64,000 nt of DNA from Rebecca billardiae RCC1528. Its lineage: Eukaryota; Protista; Haptophyta. Position numbers and translations under genes: made by a program. Below, piece after piece: positions 1-10,352 of this stretch. Positions within the stretch are counted from its first letter, which is position 1. Every line of letters begins with the position of its first letter. A model generated the notes under the pieces. It was not told where the DNA came from and did no database searches. It worked only from the letters and a program-made list of their open reading frames with translations. Location: positions 744,001 to 808,000 of the forward strand of contig OZ251233.1 in assembly GCA_965240325.2 (NCBI GenBank), written 5' to 3'.

Positions 1-765
1 TATACCACCACACAGACCATTTTCGGCCATTTCGTTATTTATTCATGGCTGTGAATGCTGCCTTGCATGCTGCGTCACAGTGAGCCTGTTTGGCGCGTGC
101 CGCGCGTGCCATTGCTGCTGACAAGTCGCAGAGCTACCGAGGAGCATGTCACAGCACTATGCTTGTCTAACTCCCTGTGGTCGAGCACGCTCGCACCTTG
201 TCCGCAAAATATCGAGCACGCCCATGCCTAGATGGCGGCCGCACACGTGAAGACGGGTGACTAGTTGGTGAGCCTTCATGTCAATCCGCGTACTCATACT
301 TGCTCGGAGGCTTTGGCGGGGAAAGGACGCTAGGAGAGTGCGTGCCAGCACCGCACCAACACGTCCCCCACCACAGTACCCCTCACCTTGGTGTGCTACA
401 TCGCGCCGCGCCCGCACGTTTGAACCAACACCGGCGATGGGTGTGCAGACGAGCCCGCACGAACGTACGGCCTCAACTGGGCGCAGGATGTCGGCTCAAG
501 CGCCTCAGTAGGGCACGCTGGGGCCGTACGACGCCACTAGCCCGTCTCTACTGGTGTGCGCGGGCCGTCTTGGCGTCGTGCTCGGCATATGTTCGTCGCC
601 ACCGCGCACCACAAGGGCAGCCATGCGCCCAGCTAACCAACACCGACCGGTGTTGGTGCGTTTCACGAGCAGTCCGGGTGAATCCCTGAACTAGACTAAT
701 GATTGCGGGGCCGGATGCACACCAATGCCGATGAACGAGCCTCCCCCGCCCCAGATGTCGCCGCG

Positions 766-1803
766 TCACCGTCCTGCCGTGCCGCTGGGCAGCAACAGCG
801 CGCTCAGTGTCGCGCGTGAGCGGCCCCCATTCGCCGCGTGCGCTTCGAAGAGCCCGCGCACGAGGCCGACCCAGCCGTCACCTGCCCCGCTCGCCGCCAC
901 GCCTTGCGCGCCATCCACGAGGAACGGTGCGCTCGCCTGGCTGCCGTGGGCCGCCCGCAGCGCGTCCGCCCGCGCCGCGCCGACTGGGCCGCAGTCGCCA
1001 TCGCCATCGCCGCCATCGCCGCCCATGCCCACGAGCGTGTACGGCAGCTGCAGCGTGCACAGCGCCTCGCGCAGCAGCCGCGCGCGCGCGCAGCCCTCGC
1101 GCGCCCACAGCTGCCGCACCTCGCCACCGTCGCCGCTGCTTGCAGCCGGGTCGCGCGCCGGCGTGATGCCGAGGCCGGCGGTCGCGAGCGGCCGAACCAC
1201 CGACGCCACAAAGAGTCCGGGCAGGTCCTCGTCGGCGAGGAGGTTGAGCGCGTTGCGCCCGACGCGCGAGCGCGCGAGCGTCGGCACGGCCGCCGCCCAC
1301 CTCGCCGAGCGCGCCGCCGTGCGCGCCGCCCACTCGCTCGCCGCCTCGGCGCCCGCGCCGCTGTCCCCACGCGTGCGCCACAAATGTGCCACGATCTCGC
1401 GCGAGCCCGCGATGGGCACGCCGCCGTCGAGGAGAAGTGGGAAGCGAAGCGGCGCACCCGGCGCAAGCTGCGCGGCCGCCTCCGCGCGGAAGCGCGAGTG
1501 CGCGCTCACCACGCCCTCGGCCAGCAGCGTCGTGCGCGGGCATGGCCGGACGCGCACCGCGAGCCCGAGCGCGCACACTGCCTCGCGCACGCGCTTGCAG
1601 TAGGGCGAGGCCTCGTACTCGTAGAGGACGAGCGTGGGCGCGTCGATCGGCGACGTCCCGCTCGACGGCCGGCGCTGCGCGCGTTGATGTGCTGCGCCGA
1701 GGGCTCGGCGCAGGCCGACCCCCAGGGTGGCGGTAGCGAGATGTGCGAAATCGCGCATGGCGGCCACCCGCCCCTGGCCATCGGGCACTGCAGTCCCGTT
1801 CAT
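766..1803 (-). CDS. Thioredoxin-fold / GST N-terminal (GST_N_3-like) domain protein, two repeats
   Basis: LYEYEASPYCKRVREAVCALGL...VRPCP...RFPLLLD...SREIVAHLWRT is a typical GST_N_3/glutaredoxin-like domain. A second degenerate copy reads LWAREGCARARLLREALCTLQLPY...APFLVD. The true start may be the second ATG at 1758. Confidence 0.8.
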   Translation of the reverse strand: MNGTAVPDGQGRVAAMRDFAHLATATLGVGLRRALGAAHQRAQRRPSSGTSPIDAPTLVLYEYEASPYCKRVREAVCALGLAVRVRPCPRTTLLAEGVVSAHSRFRAEAAAQLAPGAPLRFPLLLDGGVPIAGSREIVAHLWRTRGDSGAGAEAASEWAARTAARSARWAAAVPTLARSRVGRNALNLLADEDLPGLFVASVVRPLATAGLGITPARDPAASSGDGGEVRQLWAREGCARARLLREALCTLQLPYTLVGMGGDGGDGDGDCGPVGAARADALRAAHGSQASAPFLVDGAQGVAASGAGDGWVGLVRGLFEAHAANGGRSRATLSALLLPSGTAGR

Positions 1804-1818
1804 TCAGCTTGAGAGAAG

Positions 1819-2577
1819 ATGGCTGCGGCGACGCGCTCGTTCGACGCGCGTTTCCGTGAGACCTACGAGTATGCGGGCTCGACCGGCGTGCGCCTGGAGG
1901 TTGAGCAGGAGCCGGCGCGATCGCTCGAGCATGACACCTTGGACACCGGCTGCACTGTCTGGCCGGCCGCACACGCGCTCGCCGACGTCGTGCTTGGCGA
2001 TGAACGCGCGCGCGCTCTCGTCCAGGGCGCTCGGGTGCTCGAACTCGGTGCAGGCACTGGACTGGCTGGGATTGCGTGCGCGGCGGCGGGTGCGGCGCAC
2101 GTGTGCCTCACAGACCTCCCACCGCGCATACCGCTGCTGCGGCGGAATGTCACGCGAAACGGATGGGTGCGCACAACGGGTGCTTGCATGGGCGTGAGCG
2201 CAGCCGTGCTCGACTGGAGTGCACCGACCCTCGACGGCGAGGGCGCACCAGGCGTGGGGTTTCGCGCGGAGTTGCTCGTCGGCGCCGATCTCGTGCACGA
2301 CGAGGCGCACTGCGAGCCACTTGTCGCCGCGGTGAGCGCGCTGCTTGACGCATGGCCCGTGCAACAGGCGCGGTTCCTGTGGGCGCAGGAGCAACACTCG
2401 GCACTCGCAGTCGCCAAGCTGCGCGCGGGCCTCGAGGGCCTGGGCTTTGTGTTCGAGCGGCTGCACTCATTCCCGAACGGGGAGGTGCTCCTCGGCGCAC
2501 GCGTGGCACCAGCGCCGCTCGATGCTGATCGGCACAGCACCGATCTGGCGGATCTCGGAGTCATCCAACGTGACTAG
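1819..2577 (+). CDS. METTL21/Methyltransf_16 family SAM-dependent protein-lysine methyltransferase
   Basis: DTGCTVWPAAHALA, VLELGAGTGLAGI (motif I), VCLTD, LDW and LVGADLVH are family motifs. Confidence 0.9.
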   Translation: MAAATRSFDARFRETYEYAGSTGVRLEVEQEPARSLEHDTLDTGCTVWPAAHALADVVLGDERARALVQGARVLELGAGTGLAGIACAAAGAAHVCLTDLPPRIPLLRRNVTRNGWVRTTGACMGVSAAVLDWSAPTLDGEGAPGVGFRAELLVGADLVHDEAHCEPLVAAVSALLDAWPVQQARFLWAQEQHSALAVAKLRAGLEGLGFVFERLHSFPNGEVLLGARVAPAPLDADRHSTDLADLGVIQRD

Positions 2578-4903
2578 CTCAATTCGAATTCTGAGACTTC
2601 TGAGTGACTCACTTCAGCTCAGTGTCGACAGCAGAGTTATTACCGGCCTACCGCCGTGACGCCCTCTGGCCGTGGGATGATGATGGCGCGCCATGTGGCA
2701 GCACCGCCACGGGAGTGACCGCCGCGCAGGAGGCTTCGGCCGCCGCCAGTCTGACTCTGATCACCCGGAGCCCGTTAAGTAAAGGGGAATTTTAAAAAAA
2801 GGTAATAATATATAATGCGCTAGTATGTCGTCGTCAGTGCCAGTCACTACCGCCGGCCCCGGTGATGGCCCGCGGTGCAGGGCGGAGCGCGCAGCGTGGA
2901 GCCCGCACCAGCGGGCCCGAACAACGTTTCAAAAAGATCTTTGATCAAGAAAAAAGGGACGGGGGACGATTTTCATGGCTGGAGGAGACCGAGTTTCGAA
3001 TTTTGAGACTCCCTTACAGGTGCATTAGCGTCGAAAAAGGTCGCGCCCACGGCAAGTTCATAGTAAAGCGTGGAGTGACGCCCGTCCAAAAAACTTCACG
3101 CCCTTTAGGATCCCTAACGTAACGAACCGTTACAAGCGAATTTTTCGGCCAATTATATTCAAGGAGCGACGACGTTTGATGATCAAATGTTGATCGCGCC
3201 ACCACAACGCAATCTTCATACTATCTCCCTGGCCGCCCGTCGCCTGTGCCGGATCCCGACCGGGTCGGTAGGTTTGAGCCCGCTGAGAAGGGCTCACTCA
3301 GCAAGCCGAGGGGTGCCTCGCGCCGGCGGCGCTGCGCACGAGGCGTTCAATCCGACGGACTCAGCGCAGGTGCGCGCGGCTGCGGCGGGTCCCGACGGTC
3401 ATCGGCGTCGCTTTCGTGCCCCGCTCACCCCGCGCGCCCCGCCCTGCCGATCCCTCTTCGGCCCAGTCAGTGCGGTTTCCAACCGAGCACGACCGGCGGA
3501 CCGACGAATCGATGTCAACGCCCGCGCGCGGAGAGCGGTCGGCGACGGTACGAGGAGGAGACCGCGGGGCATCCTAACGCGTGAATCCAGGCCTACTCCG
3601 CAGGTGACAGCAGCATGGGGTGTCCCTCGAGTTCATCGTTTATTGACTGCGCAGCCGTGAGCTGACTCACCGGTGCCAATGAAGCTGCCGAGTAGCTTCA
3701 CTCATCGGACGATGCTCCTCGCGTGTGATATTATGGGTGCGAATGCGCGTGGCGCGTGGGGGCGAGGCGAGTTTCTCGCTGTGTTTCCAGCTGACCATGC
3801 GCGCGCCCGCGCGCGCCACGCCGCACGCCGCGCAGCTGAATTCTCGGCGTGTTGAAGCGCGGGGCCTCGCGAGGACGTTCCGGCTCAGCCGTCTGGCGCC
3901 GAGCCTGATCTGCAGTGCGGAGCCTTCGCCTGATGGACGTTTTGTCGGGATGTGGAGCAGCCACCACGGCCATCTCGCTCGCCCAAGCCCTCGCTCGCGC
4001 CGTCCATGGCCGAGCTGTGATGGATTTTGCTCTCGTCCGCCGCATCCGAGCTGTCTCGAGTCTCGACGGCTTGACTGGCGCATGGGCGGGCGTTTGGCGC
4101 GCGAGCTCGGACCGCGCGCTGTTAGAGCGGCGGCTCTCACTCACTCAGTGACTGAGAGCCAGCTCTCGGGCGCTGATGGGCACGACGGATGCCTGACTGC
4201 CTGACACGAAAGCCCACAGGCTCAGATCTGCGCGGCCAGCGGCGAGTGGATGAGTCCGCGCGACTGATGCAGCGAGGTGGCATATGCGACGGGCGACGCC
4301 GTGCCGTGGCGGTGACGGAGCGGGTGGCACAGCTGCACCGCGGGCCCCCAACTACGTTGGTTCTGACGGAAGAGGACCGCGGAACGCGGTCATATAACTA
4401 TATATAATAAGTGCGCGGGAACGGTTGACTCGGACTGACTCTGAGTCACTACTCGGCTGTCGTGAGTCGAATGCCCGGCGGGATGGCGGATGCGGGATGA
4501 CTGAGACTCGTCGGTCTCGTCCCGCCGTCCCGCGCCAGAACGGCACGCGCAGATGACGACGCGACGAGATATCATATCATATATCGTTGTCATGATGCTG
4601 CCATGCGCCATAACTGCAGTAGTATCTAATCATCATCACAGCAGCATCCTCACTCATCACTCATCAGTGGCTCGTCATTGATGTTATTATTGTCAGCAGC
4701 TACGCGGTCGCGGGGGCACGGGGGCAGTGAGTCAGTGACCAGGCCAGCGGGCGCGGCTGCCCACCCACAGGCATCGTGATCGCCATCACGCCATGCTGGC
4801 GACGCCCAGCAGCATGCATCATATCGATCGCGCGTGGCGACTCTGATGATCGCCATTTGCCGCCGCGGAAGGCAGATGATCGATGATGACCATCTCGTCG
4901 GCG

Positions 4904-6157
4904 TCACGCTGAGGACCTCAGCAGGACGAGGACGCCCCCCGTGAAGTCGAGCAGCAGCGAGCCCTCGCGCGGCAGCTCGGGCACAGAGTCCGCGCCCTTG
5001 GGCGCAGCGGGCGGAGCTGCGCCCGGTGGTGGCGGCGGCTGGAGCAGATTCAGGCCGAGCAGGGCCGCGGGCGTGCCTTCCCACCCGACAGCGCGCATCA
5101 TCGGGCACGTACCCACGTACACAGTCGGTCTGTCGAAGGTGGGCGGTCCAGCACCGCCGGCTGTTCCAGCCGCGGATCCTTGGGCGCTCGACTCGCCAAG
5201 GCGGACCGAGGCGCACGTCGCGCAGCGCATACGCGCGGGCTGGCCATCGACACCCGTGGCGAGAATGTCGTCGTTGGCATCGGGCGACCCGCGCACGCCC
5301 GCACCCTCGGCCGCCTCGGGTGTCAGCATGGTCACTGGCGAGCCGGTGTCCACAACGGCCCGCAGCGTGCACGCGCCGCGCTCTCCAATGACCGTCGCGC
5401 GCACGAACGGCAGCACGCCTCCGCCCAGCTGCTGCAGCTCGAGCGGCGCGCGCGCGGCAGACGCGGCGCCCTCGACCCGCGCCGCGGCGCTCCTCGCGCT
5501 GTGCAGCCGCAGCACGCCGCGCTCGTAGTCGAGCTCCGCCGCGGAGCACGCGGCGCGCAGCGCATCACAGCCCAGGATCCCATCAACGCCAGGCGGCATC
5601 GCCTGCGACGCGTCGGCGACGCGCGCATGCAGCGCCAGGCCCGCGCACGCCTGGCTGCGCAGCGTGGCGCGCGCGCCTGCAGGTAGGCCCATGCGCGCGC
5701 CCGCGGCGCTGGCGAGCAGGCTCACCGACGCGCCGCTGTCAATAAGCAAGTTGAGCGGCGCTGCAGTGCCCGGCACGTCGAGCTGCGCATACGCGCCACC
5801 CTGCATGGCGACGAAGCGCAGCTCGCGGGGAGGGTCGTCAGACGCGCCGTCGGGCGCACTGCTGTGCTGCGCCTTGGCGCTGCCGGAATCGTCGCGCTCG
5901 AGCTCCTCCAAGAGGCGCACGAGCTCCTCTTTCTCCACGATACCTGCGGTGCTCACGCCTGCTGCTTCAAGCCTCGCCTTAATCTCTCTCGCGCGCAGCT
6001 CCCTCGCCGCGGAGAGGAGCGCCCGGCTGCGGTGGGCGGCGCGGTGCGGCCGCGGGTGGGGTAGAGATGGCCGCCAGCGGAGGCCGTGCGCCCAGGCACA
6101 GAGCGCGAGGAGGCCGAATAGCCTGCCACGACGCGACGATGATCGAGGCACCGCCAT
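4904..6157 (-). CDS. Retropepsin-like aspartyl protease (two lobes) with N-terminal signal/transit peptide and SAP/ARMET-C-like helical module
   Basis: Two catalytic motifs, LLIDSGAS and AVVDTGS, each followed by a GILG/ALLG motif. Hydrophobic N-terminus LFGLLALCAWAHG. Module LRAREIKARLEAAGVSTAGIVEKEELVRLL. Confidence 0.85.
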   Translation of the reverse strand: MAVPRSSSRRGRLFGLLALCAWAHGLRWRPSLPHPRPHRAAHRSRALLSAARELRAREIKARLEAAGVSTAGIVEKEELVRLLEELERDDSGSAKAQHSSAPDGASDDPPRELRFVAMQGGAYAQLDVPGTAAPLNLLIDSGASVSLLASAAGARMGLPAGARATLRSQACAGLALHARVADASQAMPPGVDGILGCDALRAACSAAELDYERGVLRLHSARSAAARVEGAASAARAPLELQQLGGGVLPFVRATVIGERGACTLRAVVDTGSPVTMLTPEAAEGAGVRGSPDANDDILATGVDGQPARMRCATCASVRLGESSAQGSAAGTAGGAGPPTFDRPTVYVGTCPMMRAVGWEGTPAALLGLNLLQPPPPPGAAPPAAPKGADSVPELPREGSLLLDFTGGVLVLLRSSA

Positions 6158-6789
6158 AAAGACTGGCCGCAGCAGAGAGCCTCGATAGAGGCCGTTTTGA
6201 ACGCGCTCGCGCGCGGCGAGGTGAGCTGTGTAGGGTCGTTCGGCGCTGTGGGCGCCTCGAGGGCGTCAAGGTAGACCGCGCCCAAGCGGCTGTCGCCCCC
6301 TGGATCGGCCTCTCCGCGCCGTGCGAGGCCGCGGCGCGCGGGCGGTAGACGACCTCCTGTCTGACGGCCGAAGGTCCGAGTGGTCAAGCCCCAGTGCGTT
6401 TCGCCAGCGGCGCACGCCAGCCTGACGGGCGGCCGGGCCCCGCGTTTCCGCAAATGCGCGAAAATCTTTTTTTGCGTCGATTTCACGGTAGGCGACCACT
6501 CGGACCTGGCGCAGTCAGGAACAAGCTATGAGAGAGCCGCCGAAGCGGCCAGTCTTTATGCTGGAATCAGTGGAATCACAGGAGCAGTCCGGTGGTCGGG
6601 GTGTGACATTCAGCTGCGGCCCGCTGAGGTCACTGCAGTTTCATTCAAGCGATTGTTACGGCGCCGGTCCCACAGTGTGCGAAGGCGGACAGAGCGCTGA
6701 TGCACCGATATGCCAAGCACTACAATAAGTATCGCTAGCTCAGCACTGCGACGATGACGGATGAGATGACGAGCGCGCCACGTCTGACG

Positions 6790-7536
6790 TCAGACGTCAG
6801 CGGCGCGGTGCGGCAGGCTGTACAACCACTGTGTCGACCTTGTCGACGTGGAGCCGCCCGAGCCGGCGTCGCCGTCGAGGCCGAGGAAGCTCGCGATTGC
6901 CTCGGCGGCGCTCAGCGCGTCCTCACGCGCAGCCGGGGCCACGCGCCGCGGCCGACAGCGCTGCTGCACGAGGGCGGCGAGGTAGTCGTTCAGCTGCGTG
7001 ACGCGCGCCTCGACCACGCGCGCGCTGCGCGGCTGCAGCACTGCCTTGCTCGGCAGAATGCAGCCGGGCGGCGCGGCGCCGAGCCTCACGAGCGCGTGGT
7101 GCAGCTGCTCGAACTCGCGGTACCGCCTGTGCACGAGGCGCTCGCCGCCGCCCGCCGGCAGGCGCACGCGTATGGCGAAGGATGTGTACAGCCGCCCACC
7201 CTCGCCGGCGCGCGTCTCCGTCAGAGCCGCGTCGATCGCCGCGTCGTCGACGTCGACAGCGACGAGCTCGGAGGACTGGCGCGAGAGGGACGCTGGGAGT
7301 ACATCGGCTCGTCCGGGTGCGTTCATGAGCTGCGCGTCCGCCCGCGCGTCCACCAGCACGCGCGCCATCGCATCCTCGACGGCGGCGATGAAACTGGCGT
7401 CGTCTGCGCCCGTGCTCGCTGCGCGCAGCTCGGCGAGGGCGGGGGAGAGCGCCGCCGCCTGGCGCTCCCGCGCCTCGAGCTCGAGCGCGCGCCGCCGACC
7501 TTCGGCGGCGAGGTGCTGACCGAGGCGCCCTGCCAT
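6790..7536 (-). CDS. PX (phox homology) domain protein
   Basis: YTSFAIRV...VHRRYREFEQLHHAL...ILPSK...VVEARVTQLNDYLAAL matches the PX consensus. The first ATG in frame is at 7536. Confidence 0.85.
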   Translation of the reverse strand: MAGRLGQHLAAEGRRRALELEARERQAAALSPALAELRAASTGADDASFIAAVEDAMARVLVDARADAQLMNAPGRADVLPASLSRQSSELVAVDVDDAAIDAALTETRAGEGGRLYTSFAIRVRLPAGGGERLVHRRYREFEQLHHALVRLGAAPPGCILPSKAVLQPRSARVVEARVTQLNDYLAALVQQRCRPRRVAPAAREDALSAAEAIASFLGLDGDAGSGGSTSTRSTQWLYSLPHRAADV

Positions 7537-7688
7537 CGGCACAGCAGCCTGAGCTTGGTTGCACTCACCGCAAGACCTTGCCTCTCGGCGGCAGGCCGGC
7601 AGCCATCGTGCGCAAGTCTCAAGAATTGCAAGCCGTTGGCACGTGTTTGGCCGCCGCGGGAGTGCGGCGGCAAGGGCGGTAGGCGGCG

Positions 7689-9824
7689 ATGGTGCCGCCC
7701 GAGCCGCCGACGGGCGGCGAGCGCGCACTGGCTGCGCGGCGGCGCACGATGCTCAGCGAGCTCCGGCGCGAGCAGGAGGACATGCTCGAGGAGCAGCGCT
7801 CTCTCGAGCGCGACTTGCGCTGGCTCATCCACGAGACCCGCCCGGCGAACGTGATCTCCGTGCCTGCGCGCCGGGAGCACTCGCCGCCGCCGCCGCCCGT
7901 GCGCGCGCCCGCGCCGCAGCGGCGTGCTTCGCCCGCGCGCGACATGACGGCGCGCGTGGAGGCGCGCGTGCCGCAGCACGTCGTGCTTCACGGCGCGCAC
8001 AGCGTCGACGCGCAGATGTGGGCGCTGCGCTCGTGCATCCGGCTGGCGCATGAGCCGTGCTGGGAGGCGCTGGTCATGTGGCGGACGCACGTGCGCGCGG
8101 CGTGCGCGCTGGACCGCGCGCGCGTCGCGGCGCTGCGCGCGTGCGTGGGCGCGGCAGGAGCCGTCCTCTGCGCGCGCGCGCTCGAGCGCTGGCTCGTCCT
8201 CGCCTTCGCCGAGCGCGCGCGCGACGCTGCGGCGCGCGCCGTGGGCAAGGCGGAGGCAGCCATGGAGGCGGGCGCGGCGCAGGCGCGCGCGCGCTCGGAG
8301 CGGCACGCGGCGGAGGTGCGCGCGGAGGCGGAGGCGCTGAGCGCGGTGGCAACGCGCCGCGTGGACGCCGCCCGCCGTGCCGAGCGCCACGCCGCGCTGC
8401 GCACGCTCCTGCAGTACAGCGCCTGGGCGGCGTGCGCGCGCGCGCTCGGCGCGTGGCGGCGCGCCGCGCACGTCGGCCGCACGGTGGGCGCGCGCGCGAC
8501 GGTGCTGCGCAGGTGGGCGGACGGCGCGCTGAGGCTGAGCGCGACGCGCGCGCTCGGCCTGTGGGCCGCGCACGTGCGCCGCTGCGCCGCCCTCGAGCGC
8601 GCGCTCGCCGCCTCGTCCGAAGGCGCGCGCGCGCGCACGCTGCGCGGCTGGCACGCACGCACGGTCGGGGCGCGCGCGCGGCGCAGCGCTCGCGCGTTTG
8701 CGCTCGGCGCCGTCGTGCGCGGCGCGGAGGGCGAGCGGCTCGAGACGGCGGCGGCGCTACGGCGGTGGGCGCGGAGCGTCGGCCTCGTGCGCGTGCGCGC
8801 GCACGACGCGCACGCGGCAGCCGCGAGCGACGCGATGGCGGCGGGGCTCGTCGCGCTCGAGGCCGCGCGCGGCGCCGCTGCAGCCGCGTTTGCAGACGCG
8901 TGCGAGCACGCGGACACGCACCGCTTCGAGGCGGCGCGCGCGCGGGCGAAGCTGCTCGCGCGCGAGGCGGCGGCGAGCGAGCTGCAGCGCGAGAACGCCG
9001 AGCTGCGCGCCAAGCTCGAGCGCCTGGCGCGCGCGCTCGGCGAGCGGCGGAAGGCGGCACTGCTGGCTGCGCGCGCGCTGCCGGCGCCCGCGGCGGCGCG
9101 CGCGGCGCGCGGCGGCGGCGCGAGCGGCGCGGGCGGACCCGCCGTGCCCGCGCCCCCGGGCAACGCCGATGCGCTCGCGCGCGCCGCGCTCGAGCAGGAG
9201 CTGCGCCAGCTGCGCTCGCGCTGCGGCGCGCTGGAGGCCGCGGCGTTGCACGCGGACGCGCCGCCGCGCGCGCGCCCGCCGCCGCAGCAGCCGACGGCGG
9301 CGCCGACGCCCGCCCTGGCCCAGAGCGCTGCGCTGCAGACGCGAGCAGGCGGTGGCGGCGGTGGGGGGCAGCGCCTGCCCGCGTCCGCGACGGGGTACCT
9401 CGAGGCCGAGCGCTCACTCGCCGTCGCCCTGCGCTCGCTGGGCGCCGAGGTGCGCTCCCTCGAGGGCGCGCTGCCGGCCGAGCGCGCGGCGGGCGCGCGC
9501 GCGCACCGCCTTCGGCTGCTAGGGGATCAGCTCCGCGCGGAGGAGGCGAAGGCGGAGGCGCTGCTCGCGCGTGTGGGCGTGCTGCTCGAGGCGGTCGCCG
9601 AGCGCGACCGCCTGATCGCCGAGCTCGAGGCCCAGCTCCACCAGATCGACGAGCGTGCCGCCGCGGACGCGGAGCGCGGCTCGAGAGCGCTCGAGGCCGC
9701 CGTGAGCGCGCACGAGACCGACCGGCGCGAATGGCGCGAGTGGCTGCGCGCCGACGTCGAGGCGCGCGGGCTCACGCTCGCCGCGGACGGGACGATCGTC
9801 GCGGACGGGGGCAGTTTCATCTGA
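7689..9824 (+). CDS. Coiled-coil protein with Trp-spaced Sfi1-like (centrin-binding-like) repeats
   Basis: 711-aa ORF with coding-like codon use. Repeated L/A-x-x-W-R/A motifs (ALVMWR, ALERWL, ALGAWRR, VLRRWA, ALGLWA, TLRGWH, ALRRWA) and C-terminal coiled coils. Confidence 0.6.
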   Translation: MVPPEPPTGGERALAARRRTMLSELRREQEDMLEEQRSLERDLRWLIHETRPANVISVPARREHSPPPPPVRAPAPQRRASPARDMTARVEARVPQHVVLHGAHSVDAQMWALRSCIRLAHEPCWEALVMWRTHVRAACALDRARVAALRACVGAAGAVLCARALERWLVLAFAERARDAAARAVGKAEAAMEAGAAQARARSERHAAEVRAEAEALSAVATRRVDAARRAERHAALRTLLQYSAWAACARALGAWRRAAHVGRTVGARATVLRRWADGALRLSATRALGLWAAHVRRCAALERALAASSEGARARTLRGWHARTVGARARRSARAFALGAVVRGAEGERLETAAALRRWARSVGLVRVRAHDAHAAAASDAMAAGLVALEAARGAAAAAFADACEHADTHRFEAARARAKLLAREAAASELQRENAELRAKLERLARALGERRKAALLAARALPAPAAARAARGGGASGAGGPAVPAPPGNADALARAALEQELRQLRSRCGALEAAALHADAPPRARPPPQQPTAAPTPALAQSAALQTRAGGGGGGGQRLPASATGYLEAERSLAVALRSLGAEVRSLEGALPAERAAGARAHRLRLLGDQLRAEEAKAEALLARVGVLLEAVAERDRLIAELEAQLHQIDERAAADAERGSRALEAAVSAHETDRREWREWLRADVEARGLTLAADGTIVADGGSFI

Positions 9825-10352
9825 CACGCGGCCCCCGCGTCGTGATGATGGTGCACCCGGACGAACGCATCGCTACCGTCGCACGCCGCGTGCTGACTAC
9901 GGTACTGTCGTACCATAGCGGCTGCCTGAAGGGACTGCTCGGATGCTCATCATGCTGATGAGGAAGAACTGGCCGCTCTCCGGTCGGAGAGTAATTGACT
10001 CATGAGGAGTGATGTGGTGATAACGACCGAATGCTCGTGGTAACTTACTAATCTGCAGCCGCACCGGCTGAGCCGGACAGGTGAAGTGCCTAGCTCTCCG
10101 CCATCGTGATCGCCCTTGTTCATGAGCAGACGCCGGACTCGCTGCGAACACGCCGGCCGGGCCGGGCCGGACTGCTCAAGAACTGAGCATCATCAATGCA
10201 TCCGATGCATCATTGTTGATCAGCAATTCAGCATTCACTGATTCGTCAGGCATCATTCAGCACCCTTCAGCAATCAGCAACGACGGTCGCGCGGGAATCG
10301 ATTCTCCGCGTGGCCGGGTTGTGCCCAGGGGCAGGCGACGACGGTGAGAAGC

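Noticed and set aside
1-720. Short ORFs at the window start
   Set aside because: No recognisable motif or coding bias.
6380-6728. 66-106 aa ORFs between the protease and PX genes
   Set aside because: No motif and weak codon bias.
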